Notes under the pieces: model-generated
What the model saw: only the letters and a program-made list of their open reading frames with translations
Told to the model about the DNA's origin: nothing
The model's database searches: none
From: Candidatus Bathyarchaeota archaeon
Lineage (GTDB): Archaea; Thermoproteota; Bathyarchaeia; Bathyarchaeales; Bathycorpusculaceae
Length of the DNA stretch: 64,000 nt
Direction of reading: 5' to 3'
Assembly (NCBI GenBank): GCA_963767735.1
Contig: CAVYES010000007.1
Span: 96,001-160,000 of the forward strand
In this document: positions 29,031 to 38,397 of the stretch, in pieces
Numbering within the stretch: the stretch's first letter is position 1
How the letters are laid out: each line of letters begins with the position of its first letter
Position numbers and translations under genes: made by a program

Positions 29031-31805
29031 TTATGTGCCGCGAATAATCCGCTGTTCTTCCGCTACAACTTTCTGCGAAATATTTGATCGGAGATGACAT
29101 CGACCATCCACTTCCATATTTTTGAGGTCTAAAACGCCCTTTACTGTGCCATCGCTTAAGTATTCGAAGTTGAAACCCATTTTCCTTGTAAGACTTAAAG
29201 CTCGATAATTATCACGTAACATTATCGCATAGACGTTTTCAATGCCTTTCTCCTTAGCTATGTCAAGCACGTAATCAACCATTTTGGTGCCCAAACCTAA
29301 ACCCTGCCAGTAGTCAGTCACGATAAAAGCCATTTCACCGCTTTTCCCATCTGGCTCTATGCTGAGGCGTGTCACTCCCAGTATTTTTCGGCGTCCATTT
29401 TCGGCTAATTCAGCTACAATGGCTATTTCTCGGTCGTAATCAATGTTGCAGTAGCGGACTCGAACTTCATGTGGTGTATCTTTAAGTATCTGGAAGAACC
29501 GATATCGAATTGCTTCTTCAGAGAAGCTTTGGAACATCTCAAGCCACATAGGCTCATCCTCGGGTTTTATAGGTCGCAATAGCACTTCTTGACCGTTTTT
29601 AAGAGGCCAAGGCATCTCGTATTTTTTGGGGTAAGGACTGATAACCATATGGGCGTGAGGCTCAAATTTCTTGCAAACATTGTTTCTGTCAACTGCTATT
29701 GTTGCATCAAGGATACTGGCTTCTTTTTCAGTTACCAATAGCGGATTAATGTCAATTTCTTTTATCTGTGGAAAATCAATGAGCAACTGAGAAAAGAGCA
29801 ACACAGTTTCTTCAAGCCGTTTAAGATCAACTGGCGGCCTATTACGATACCCTTTCAGAAGCTGGTAAACCTTTGTTTCCTCCATCATGCGACGCAAAAG
29901 CGTGGTATTTAACGGTGGAAGCCCGATGGAGTAGTCCTTGTAGAGTTCCACACCTACGCCGCCCATTCCGAACAATATCACTGGTCCAAAGACAGGATCG
30001 GTTTTTCCGCCTATTATTAATTCGTAGCCATTTTTCTCAATCATAGGCTGAACTATAACACCGTTTATTTGGGCATTCGACTTGTAGTTTTTTGCCCTTT
30101 GAATTAATAATTCAAAATTTTCACGCACCGCGCTTGGCGAATTTACGTTTAAGATAACTCCGCCCGCCTCGCTTTTATGGACAATTTGGGGTGAAAGAAT
30201 TTTTAAAGCCACAGGGAAACCAATTTCTTGCGCCAACGTAACCGCTTCGTCAACATTTTGGGCGACAACAGTTTTTAAGACTGGAAAGTTGTAGTATTTG
30301 AGTACTTTTTGAGCTTCACTTTCCGTTAATTCTTCACGGTTTTCAAGCGAAGCATTTCTTAGTATAGCCATGATAGGGCGTTTGGGCGGTGAAGCATCGA
30401 CTGGTAACTCTTCAGGAGTTTCATAAAGAAGCTCAAGATTACGCTGATAATCGTACATGTACATGTATGTTTTGACTGCTTGTTCAGGCGTGGAGTAGGT
30501 TGGAATGTTGTTGGCGTTAAAAATATTGTTCGCCTCGTGCACTGCATCAAAACCCATGAAAGAGGTAAGTACTGTTTTGTTTTGGTTGTCTTTGCCGCGA
30601 ACAAGTTCAGCTATGCCCTTTGCAATCTCTACCGGTTCTGAACCTGCTTGCTTGGTGAAAATAACCAGTACTCCATCAACAGTATTATCGTTTAGGCAAG
30701 CTTCCACCGCAGTTTTATAACGGTCAACTCTAGCATCTCCAAGAACATCAATCGGATTGCATTTGCTCCAGAAGGGAGGCAAAACACGGTTAAGCATATC
30801 CATTGTTTTCTTGCTCAGCTCAGCTAATCTGCCGCCCCGAGCAATCAAAGCGTCAGTAGCCATTACTCCAGGACCGCCAGCGTTAGTTATCACAGCAAGT
30901 CTTGGCCCTTTCGGCAGTGGCTGGGTTCCTAAAACCTCTGCGGCATTGAACAAATCAGCTACCTCTTCAACCCGAACTATGCCAGCCCGTTTGAAAGCAG
31001 CATCATACACGCTGTCTTCTCCTGAAAGCGAACCAGTATGGGAAGCAACGGCTTTTGCGCTTTCAGTAAATTTGCCTGATTTTACGACGATTATGGGTTT
31101 GGTTCTTGCAAAGTGCCTGGCGGCGCTCATGAACTTTCGGGCTTCGGTTATTCCTTCTATGTACATGAGTATGCTCTTAGTTTTTGGGTCTGAACCAAAA
31201 TAGTCAATTAAATCGCCAAAGTCAACATCAATCATTGACCCAACTGAAACAAAGTTACTGAAGCCAATGTTTTCGTGAATTGCTAAATCAAGGATTGCTG
31301 AGCCTAAAGCGCCGCTTTGTGATAGAAAGGCAATATTGCCTTGTTTAGGCATCTTGTCTAAGAAGGTTGCATTTAGATTTATTTTTGGGTGGATTATGCC
31401 AATGCAGTTTGGACCAACTACACGAATATCATATTTCTTGGCTACTTCAAGAATTTTATCTTCTAAAGCCTTACCTTCAGGACCTGTCTCTTTGAAGCCT
31501 CCAGAAACAATAATTACGCCTTTCACTTTTGCCCTTCCGCATTCGTCCATAACGTCCGGAACGGTTTTGGCAGGCGTAGCAATTATGGCTAAATCAACGG
31601 GTTCAGGAATCTGATCAACTGTTTTATATGTTTTAAATCCTAAAATCTCGGGCTTTCGAATATTCACTAAGTAAACTTTGCCAGCATAGCCCAGTTGAGT
31701 AAAATTTTTCACTAAAGCATACCCAACCGAACCTTCAACGTCACTAGCTCCAATAATGGCTACATTTTGAGGGTTGAAAATCTTGTCAAGATTTAATGTA
31801 ACCAT
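29031..31805 (-). CDS. ADP-forming acyl-CoA synthetase-like (alpha+beta) fused to GNAT (Pat/PatZ architecture)
   Basis: IIGAS, GPNCIG, SQSGA, SHTGSL, ATP-grasp (HKSEAGGV, DINPL), C-terminal GNAT with QGLGLG. Confidence 0.88.
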   Translation of the reverse strand: MVTLNLDKIFNPQNVAIIGASDVEGSVGYALVKNFTQLGYAGKVYLVNIRKPEILGFKTYKTVDQIPEPVDLAIIATPAKTVPDVMDECGRAKVKGVIIVSGGFKETGPEGKALEDKILEVAKKYDIRVVGPNCIGIIHPKINLNATFLDKMPKQGNIAFLSQSGALGSAILDLAIHENIGFSNFVSVGSMIDVDFGDLIDYFGSDPKTKSILMYIEGITEARKFMSAARHFARTKPIIVVKSGKFTESAKAVASHTGSLSGEDSVYDAAFKRAGIVRVEEVADLFNAAEVLGTQPLPKGPRLAVITNAGGPGVMATDALIARGGRLAELSKKTMDMLNRVLPPFWSKCNPIDVLGDARVDRYKTAVEACLNDNTVDGVLVIFTKQAGSEPVEIAKGIAELVRGKDNQNKTVLTSFMGFDAVHEANNIFNANNIPTYSTPEQAVKTYMYMYDYQRNLELLYETPEELPVDASPPKRPIMAILRNASLENREELTESEAQKVLKYYNFPVLKTVVAQNVDEAVTLAQEIGFPVALKILSPQIVHKSEAGGVILNVNSPSAVRENFELLIQRAKNYKSNAQINGVIVQPMIEKNGYELIIGGKTDPVFGPVILFGMGGVGVELYKDYSIGLPPLNTTLLRRMMEETKVYQLLKGYRNRPPVDLKRLEETVLLFSQLLIDFPQIKEIDINPLLVTEKEASILDATIAVDRNNVCKKFEPHAHMVISPYPKKYEMPWPLKNGQEVLLRPIKPEDEPMWLEMFQSFSEEAIRYRFFQILKDTPHEVRVRYCNIDYDREIAIVAELAENGRRKILGVTRLSIEPDGKSGEMAFIVTDYWQGLGLGTKMVDYVLDIAKEKGIENVYAIMLRDNYRALSLTRKMGFNFEYLSDGTVKGVLDLKNMEVDGRCHLRSNISQKVVAEEQRIIRGT

Positions 31806-32182
31806 TTCTAAATTTAACCTCCCGATTACTGGGTCGCGCAGGCGTAATTAAGTTTGTTGTGTCACCATTTTTCTTTAACGAAACCGAGCATTTCTACTTA
31901 CTGGAAATACTTTGATTTTATCAATTGAAGGAGTAGCAACGACTTCTGTAACATTTGCTCGGCTTTCTCGACGCTTCAAGGAGGCAGGGCTGCGCACGAT
32001 CAACGAGGAGTCCCCGTCTTGCTATTGAAATAACATTCATCATTCGTTGAAATATGGCTAAAAGAAGCTACCATCTCTATAGGAAGTAAGAATTGTTTTA
32101 AAAGGGAAGAGTAGGGAACTTTTATCTAATAGTCACATAAAAGAAGTATATCTACGCCTTTGAAAAGAGCGAGGGAACGAAA

Positions 32183-33502
32183 ATGGTAGAGGGCAAATAC
32201 TGGAACGAAAAAATCGAAACCATGCCTGCTGAAGAACTGAAGGTATATCAGCTTAAAAAATTAAGGGAACAGGTAAAACTTTGCTACGAGAACAGCGCTT
32301 TTTATAGGAAAAAATTTGACCGCGTTGGTTTGAAACCTGAAAACATACGCTCACTAAATGACCTTGAGAAAATTCCTTTCACGGTAAAGAATGATTTACG
32401 CGATACATACCCATTTGGCATGGTTGCCGCTACATCTGACGAAATAGTGGAAATTCATGCTTCAAGTGGCACAACGGGAAACCCAATAATCGGCGCGTAT
32501 ACAAAAAACGACATGGATGTTTGGCAAGAATTAATGGCAAGATCCATTTACACGGCGGGCGGAAGACGCCAAGATGTAATACACATTGCTTATGGTTATG
32601 GTTTATTCAGTGGCGGATTTGGTTTTCATTATGGTGCTCAGAAGGTTGGAGCCAAAATTGTTCCGGCAAGCGGGGGAATGACGCAGCGTCAAATTAAGTT
32701 CATGAAAGACTTGGGCGTTACTATTTTAGCTTGCACCCCAAGTTTCGCAGTTTATCTAGCGGAAACAATGGCTCATGAAGGTGTTGATCCAAGAAAAGAC
32801 CTTAAACTTAAACTTGGTATGTTCGGAGCCGAACCATGGTCAGATAAAATTAGGGAAAGAATCGAGAAGGATATGGGAATTGAAGCTTTTGATGTTTATG
32901 GGTTAACAGAGCTTTGTGGCCCCGGTGTTGCCGTAGAATGCTCGGAACATAAGGGGTTGCACGTTTGGGAAGACCATTTTATTGTGGAAACAATTGACCC
33001 TGACACAGGCGAAGTTTTGCCTGCTGGAGAAGAAGGCGAACTAGTCTTCACGACTCTCACTAAAACAGGCTTGCCCATGCTCCGATATAGAACACGGGAC
33101 ATCTCAAAAATTGAAACAGGAAAATGTGTGTGCGGGCGAACACACGCTAGAATGATGCGCGTTCATGGAAGGTCAGATGACATGCTGATTATTCGGGGGG
33201 TTAATGTATTTCCTTCACAGATAGAGTTTGCAGTAATGTGCTTCTCAGAGCTAGCAACTCAGTATCTAATAGTTGTTGACAGACCAGGTGCTTTAGATAC
33301 ATTTGTCGTTAAAGTTGAATTGTCAGAGAAGGCTGCCAAAGATCCACAGTTAGACAAAAATGTGTTAAAAAATGACATTCAAAAAAGAATTCACATCGTA
33401 ACTGGGATAACAGCCGATGTTGAAATCGTCAAGCCAGGCGAACTTCCAAGAACAGAAGGAAAAGCAAAAAGAGTTCTTGACCTGCGCACTGGCAAAATGT
33501 AA
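32183..33502 (+). CDS. paaK: Phenylacetate-CoA ligase
   Basis: HASSGTTGNP, YGYGLFSGG, GAEPW, YGLTE, RYRTRD, GRSDDMLIIRGVNVFPSQIE. Confidence 0.9.
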   Translation: MVEGKYWNEKIETMPAEELKVYQLKKLREQVKLCYENSAFYRKKFDRVGLKPENIRSLNDLEKIPFTVKNDLRDTYPFGMVAATSDEIVEIHASSGTTGNPIIGAYTKNDMDVWQELMARSIYTAGGRRQDVIHIAYGYGLFSGGFGFHYGAQKVGAKIVPASGGMTQRQIKFMKDLGVTILACTPSFAVYLAETMAHEGVDPRKDLKLKLGMFGAEPWSDKIRERIEKDMGIEAFDVYGLTELCGPGVAVECSEHKGLHVWEDHFIVETIDPDTGEVLPAGEEGELVFTTLTKTGLPMLRYRTRDISKIETGKCVCGRTHARMMRVHGRSDDMLIIRGVNVFPSQIEFAVMCFSELATQYLIVVDRPGALDTFVVKVELSEKAAKDPQLDKNVLKNDIQKRIHIVTGITADVEIVKPGELPRTEGKAKRVLDLRTGKM

Positions 33503-33513
33503 AGGACTAAAAT

Positions 33514-35706
33514 ATGACCTTCAAAATTGCAGCGGATAAGCCCAGCACTTTTGCTTTGCTTAACGGCGACGAAGCAGTTGCACGAGGAGCAATTGAAGCC
33601 ACCGTTAAAGTTGCAACGTCGTACCCTGGGACGCCCGCGACTGAGATTTTGGAAACTCTTGCTGAAGTTTCAAAAGACCTAGGCATTTATGCGGAATGGA
33701 GTACAAACGAGATTGTAGCCACCGAAGTTGCTGCAGGCGCTTCGATGACGGGTGTCAGAGCCATCGTTTCAATGAAGCATGTTGGTTTGAACGTAGCTGC
33801 AGATGCAGCAATGACTTTGGCATACACCGGAATTGAAGGTGGGCTGGTAATTGCAGTCTGCGACGATCCATCATTACACAGCAGCCAAAACGAACAAGAC
33901 ACGAGATACTTTGCGGTCCATTCGAAGCTTCCGTTGCTGGACGCAGGCAACCCGCAAGAAGCTCTAGATATGTCCAAGGAGGCGTTCGAATTAAGTGAAA
34001 AATTGCATTTGCCAGTCATCTTACGTTTAACGACAAGGGTAGCCCACGGGAAGGCTCGAGTGAAACTCGGGCGCATGCATAATCTAAGTCGAAAGGCAGA
34101 TTTTGATAAGCAAAGTTCGAAATGGGTTATGGTGCCGTCAAATGCAATTCGACAACACAGAGTCTTAGAAGTAAAAATGGCAGAAGCAAAAATTCTCGTA
34201 AATCATTCAAAATTTAATCAGATTGAGGATAATGCGAGCGACATTGGAATTATAGGAAGCGGCGTGGCTTACTATTATGCTCGTTCGGTACTTGATACCA
34301 AAAAGTTTTCTTGGCTAAAATTAGGTTTCGTTTATCCATTTCCTCAAGAAATAGTTAGAAGATTCGCGCTTAAAGTAAAGAAAATCATAGTGATCGAGGA
34401 GTTAAGACCTTACCTTGAGGAAAATATGCAACGGTTAGGTCTACACGCACTTGGAAAGAATGAGTTAGGCTTAGAGGAAATTGGAGAGTTAACGCCTGAC
34501 AAGGTACGCCAAGCCTTCGCAAGTCTAAATTTAACTAATAAAGCTGAACCACCAGAGCTTTTGGATTTGCCGCCTAGACCGCCGGCACTTTGCCCGGGCT
34601 GCCCTCATAGAGCATTTTATTACGCGTTAAACATGGTTAATCAACATCTTGATTGTGATAAAGACAAATGCGTTGGCTGTGGTATTTGCGAATACGCCTG
34701 CTCTTTTGAGAAAGAGAAGATTTTCAATCCAATCAAATCGCGTATTCGTTCGGTTAGAATTGATCAAATACTCAATACTGCAGTAGCTTGCAAGGCATGC
34801 GTTAATGCGGTTTGCATTGATGCTTGTCCTGAAAAAGCCCTTATCAGATCAAAGGAAACTGGAGCTATTTTTGTTGATGAAAACAAATGCAAAGGTTGCC
34901 CTTGGTGCATACAAGCCTGCGAGTTTGGGGCCGTGACGATTCATCCGACCACTCATAAAGCCATAATGTGTGACAAATGTGGCGGTGAACCGAAATGCAT
35001 TCCTTTTTGTCCAGAGAGCGCTTTAAGCTTATCTGGCAATTCTAACGACAAAATTGTCACAGGCGATATAGGCTGTTACACTTTGGGTGTCTTGCCCCCT
35101 GAAAGTTCTGTTCAAACATGCTTGTGCATGGGCGCTGGCATATCTCAGGCTGCAGGCATGTTTCATGCTGGTGTTAAAGAAAAAGTGTTCTCAGTTATTG
35201 GCGATTCAACATTTTTCCACGCTGGAATGCCTGGGCTGGTGAATATTGTGTACAATAAAGCTAATGTTTGCGTAATTATCATGGATAACAGTACAGTAGC
35301 AATGACTGGGCATCAGCCAACTCCTGGTTCAGGCAAAACAGCGATGGGTTCTGACACTAAGGTTTTGAGAATCAAGGATGTTGCTGAAGGACTTGGAATA
35401 GATAAAGTGGAAGTCGTTGACCCGTATGACATTGAAGCAACAACTCAGACCATAAGGAAAATTTTGGATTACAATGGTCCATCCGTTATAATTTCTCAGA
35501 GGGCATGTCCGCTTTTGGTTGAAAGAGGCAAAGCCCCGGAAGTTTTGGAGAAATGTGATGCTTGCGGCGTGTGCGTGAAAGCTTTCGGTTGCCCAGCGAT
35601 TACTTTATCAGGCAATCGGGCGGAAATAGATGCGACTCTATGCTACGGGTGCAACGTCTGCGAGGTTGTCTGTCCCTCTGGCGCCATTAGGAGAAAAGAG
35701 AAATGA
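33514..35706 (+). CDS. iorA: Indolepyruvate:ferredoxin oxidoreductase alpha subunit with an internal polyferredoxin insertion
   Basis: SYPGTP, MKHVGLN, SSQNEQD, CPGCPHR, GDIGCY, IGDSTFFH, AMTGHQP, C-terminal 2x[4Fe-4S]. Confidence 0.9.
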   Translation: MTFKIAADKPSTFALLNGDEAVARGAIEATVKVATSYPGTPATEILETLAEVSKDLGIYAEWSTNEIVATEVAAGASMTGVRAIVSMKHVGLNVAADAAMTLAYTGIEGGLVIAVCDDPSLHSSQNEQDTRYFAVHSKLPLLDAGNPQEALDMSKEAFELSEKLHLPVILRLTTRVAHGKARVKLGRMHNLSRKADFDKQSSKWVMVPSNAIRQHRVLEVKMAEAKILVNHSKFNQIEDNASDIGIIGSGVAYYYARSVLDTKKFSWLKLGFVYPFPQEIVRRFALKVKKIIVIEELRPYLEENMQRLGLHALGKNELGLEEIGELTPDKVRQAFASLNLTNKAEPPELLDLPPRPPALCPGCPHRAFYYALNMVNQHLDCDKDKCVGCGICEYACSFEKEKIFNPIKSRIRSVRIDQILNTAVACKACVNAVCIDACPEKALIRSKETGAIFVDENKCKGCPWCIQACEFGAVTIHPTTHKAIMCDKCGGEPKCIPFCPESALSLSGNSNDKIVTGDIGCYTLGVLPPESSVQTCLCMGAGISQAAGMFHAGVKEKVFSVIGDSTFFHAGMPGLVNIVYNKANVCVIIMDNSTVAMTGHQPTPGSGKTAMGSDTKVLRIKDVAEGLGIDKVEVVDPYDIEATTQTIRKILDYNGPSVIISQRACPLLVERGKAPEVLEKCDACGVCVKAFGCPAITLSGNRAEIDATLCYGCNVCEVVCPSGAIRRKEK

Positions 35707-36287
35707 AGTTAGACACGGTTTTCAGCGGCGTTGGGGGGCAGGGAATTGTGGTTTTAAGCGACATTTACTGTGAGGCGGCCATGTTAGACGGTTTTGATGT
35801 GGCTAAGGCGGAGGTTCATGGAATGGCTCAGCGAGGAGGCTCTATTGTTGCTTATGCAAGAATCGGCGATAAAGTTGAATCTCCGCTGATTGAAACTGGG
35901 AAAGCGGATGTGCTTGTTGGTTTTGAGATTCTTGAAACAGCGAGGGCGTTGCCAATGCTGAAGAAGAATGGTAGCGTGGTTGTTAACTTGAAGTACATTC
36001 AGCCAAGTTGCTTGGGTTCAGCTAAGCCAAAAAAAACCGAAGAATTAATTGGATTCTTGAAGGCAAAAGGCAAGGTTCATGAAGTGGACGGGGCAGAATT
36101 AGCCGAAAAGCTTGGAAACCCAATGGTCGTCAACACTATTCTTCTGGGGGCTTTATCTGCTCTTCCAGAAAATCCAGTTAAGAAGGAAACCTTCCAGCAG
36201 GCTATAGCTGGCAGATTAAAGGAGAAATACATTGACGTGAACCTTAAGGCTTTCCAGTTAGGTAGAGAAAGCGTTTTAAAGAGTTAG
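35703..36287 (+). CDS. iorB: Indolepyruvate:ferredoxin oxidoreductase beta subunit
   Basis: GVGGQG, EVHGMAQRGGS, NTILLGA, NLKAF. Confidence 0.92.
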   Translation: MKLDTVFSGVGGQGIVVLSDIYCEAAMLDGFDVAKAEVHGMAQRGGSIVAYARIGDKVESPLIETGKADVLVGFEILETARALPMLKKNGSVVVNLKYIQPSCLGSAKPKKTEELIGFLKAKGKVHEVDGAELAEKLGNPMVVNTILLGALSALPENPVKKETFQQAIAGRLKEKYIDVNLKAFQLGRESVLKS

Positions 36288-36344
36288 TTTTATTTAGCTT
36301 TCCGCTTGATTATAAGAACAATTTAGAATTAGGATGCAAGTTAC

Positions 36345-36707
36345 ATGAAAGGAAAGGACCATTTTGCAGAAGATTTAGGCATTCATCTTATTGAAGCAAG
36401 AGATGGCTATGCAAAAGTATCGATGAAGGTTGTGGAGAAGCATTTGAACGCCCTGGATTTTACGCATGGAGGGGCACTTTTTTCGCTTGCAGATTACGCG
36501 TTTGCGCATGCATGCAATTTTGGTGAAAACGTCGCCGTCGCAGTTCAGGCAAACATAAACTATCTTAGACCTTCAGTTAAAGGTGACTATTTGACGGCTG
36601 AAGCTGAGAGGATTTCCGACGGAAAAACCATGGGTTTATACCATGTAACAGTTAAAAACAATGAGAAGACCGTGGCGTTCTTTTCCGGACTAGCCTTCAA
36701 AAAGTAA
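36345..36707 (+). CDS. paaI: PaaI-family hotdog thioesterase
   Basis: HLNA...HGGALFSLAD motif; in the paaK/ior cluster. Confidence 0.85.
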   Translation: MKGKDHFAEDLGIHLIEARDGYAKVSMKVVEKHLNALDFTHGGALFSLADYAFAHACNFGENVAVAVQANINYLRPSVKGDYLTAEAERISDGKTMGLYHVTVKNNEKTVAFFSGLAFKK

Positions 36708-36813
36708 ATATTATTGAATTTCTTGATTTCTACAAACCATGTTTGTGTCCCAAAACTTTTTCAGCATCATATTTTTTAAGAAGACCCTACAAAGTGTTTC
36801 TAGGTGGGTTATT

Positions 36814-37096
36814 TTGGTAAAACCTCAAAAATATTTAGCTATGATTAAGATAAGCCCAAATATGGCTGCTAAACTAGTATGAGCCGTTGATGGAATTTAG
36901 CGAAAGCCCAATTAAAGGAGTAACGCTTGAAGAAGCCTTTCAAGTGTTTGGTGAATGGGATTATGCTCTACTTTTTCAGGCAGACACGAACGAGAATGCT
37001 TTGCATTTTGTCGGAGACAAGATTCGCTTGGTAGAAGGGGTTGTGCAGACTCTCACTATTCCCATGACACCAATTAAGGAATATCGCAAACGCTAA
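36814..37096 (+). CDS. Small GYD / Lrp-AsnC ligand-binding-like protein (possible frameshift near 36876)
   Basis: VFGEWDYALLF...IRLVEGVVQTLT motif; N-terminal part lies in another frame. Confidence 0.55.
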
Positions 37097-37306
37097 AACT
37101 GCCTTACATCATTGCAAGTCAAGAAAACGACGCCATAAAAAACAGCACTATCTTAAAATTCCTAATCGAAAAACAGTGGGAAACCAAACAGCATTTATTA
37201 TTACATACTTGGCGGGCAAGAAGGGCTAATATTCTGGCTGTTTGAATAAGAAGCTGGCGGCGAACCAACAATATTTTTATGTTGGACTCAATCCTAGAGG
37301 TGAGAT

Positions 37307-37382
37307 GCTGGGGTGGCCGAATGGTTCAGGCGACAGCCTGCAGAGCTGTTATATATGGGTTCAATTCCCATCCCCAGCTCCA
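37307..37382 (+). tRNA. tRNA-Cys(GCA)
   Basis: GCTGGGG...CCCCAGC-T-CCA acceptor, ACAGC-CTGCAGA-GCTGT anticodon arm, GGTTCAATTCC T-arm, U discriminator. Confidence 0.95.
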
Positions 37383-37420
37383 TAGTTCGAGTCTCAGTTC
37401 CGCAAGTCTCTATTTCTCTT

Positions 37421-37630
37421 ATGGGTACAATTACGAACCCAAAGAGAATAGACATATACGGAATTGATAAAATCTTTGAACAAGCCCTTAAACGGCTAAA
37501 AACAAAAACTGACATAACGGAAGAAGACAGGAAAAGCATCCTCGAGTTTGTCGACCATCTTTTGGCCAAACGCTTTACATTTTCGAAGAGATACACAATC
37601 TGCAGGTGGATAGTCCTTTTATCCCAATAA
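37421..37630 (+). pseudogene. N-terminal remnant of an archaeal tyrosine integrase
   Basis: DIYG..IFEQALKRLK..DITEEDRKSILEFVDHLLAK resembles the N-terminal helical domain of archaeal integrases; truncated with no catalytic domain. Confidence 0.6.
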
Positions 37631-37728
37631 ATTCTAAAGCAGAATAACTATTCTCCAAACGGCGCATACCTATTTGCAAAAAAATGAATGCAAGGACTCG
37701 GTAATCCTTGGGCGTACAAAGGTAAGCA

Positions 37729-38169
37729 TCACAAGTAACACTCGGCTAACTCGTTGCCGCTTAACTCAATATAGGCCTGATTTGTTCTTATCTCAACATG
37801 TGGTTTAGTATAGTCCACCGACTCAGGTCCACCGCCAGGTTTACCTATGTAACTAAATTGATACTCCATACCGTTTCGTCTGCACCTCATTATTGCTCCA
37901 TACCATAACCGCTCTATGTCAACCAAGCTGTAGCCTCGATCTTCCACCAGGATGCCTTCGCAAACATACAACTCAACGTCATCTCTGCCATCGACACACC
38001 CGTAATTATGCAACCATATTTGAAAGGAAACTATTTCTTTTAACTCTTCATCTGTTTTGCCTTCATACAATTTTCTGGCACGAAGCGAATTACGCACAAC
38101 TAAACCCTTCGCCTCCTCTATCATTTCTTCGGTTATCGGTATTTTTACAAAGTCTTCTTCTTTGACCAT
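37729..38169 (-). CDS. Hypothetical protein (island cargo)
   Basis: 146-aa ATG ORF, no recognisable motif. Confidence 0.55.
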   Translation of the reverse strand: MVKEEDFVKIPITEEMIEEAKGLVVRNSLRARKLYEGKTDEELKEIVSFQIWLHNYGCVDGRDDVELYVCEGILVEDRGYSLVDIERLWYGAIMRCRRNGMEYQFSYIGKPGGGPESVDYTKPHVEIRTNQAYIELSGNELAECYL

Positions 38170-38397
38170 TTCTTATGCCTCAATAGAATAATATACGCCA
38201 AAGCAAAGAGTAACGGATTGACGCTTGAAAACAAAACAGAAATGCAGAAAGCTCAGACGCTACTCGTCAACAAACTAAACAGCAGGTCAGACAAACAAGG
38301 AATAATTAACGTTAAGCATTTCAAAGGCTTATTCGAAGTTATCTCATGCCTTCTGGAAAAGAGCAGGATAGAGACCAATATATAAGGTGGAAAAAAG

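Noticed and set aside
31880-32030. Possible structured ncRNA between the ACD-GNAT gene and paaK
   Set aside because: Several short complementary segments exist but they conflict and match no RNA family I recognise.
37313-37630. 105-aa ORF starting inside tRNA-Cys
   Set aside because: The first third is just the tRNA read in frame; only the part from ATG 37421 resembles an integrase N-terminus.
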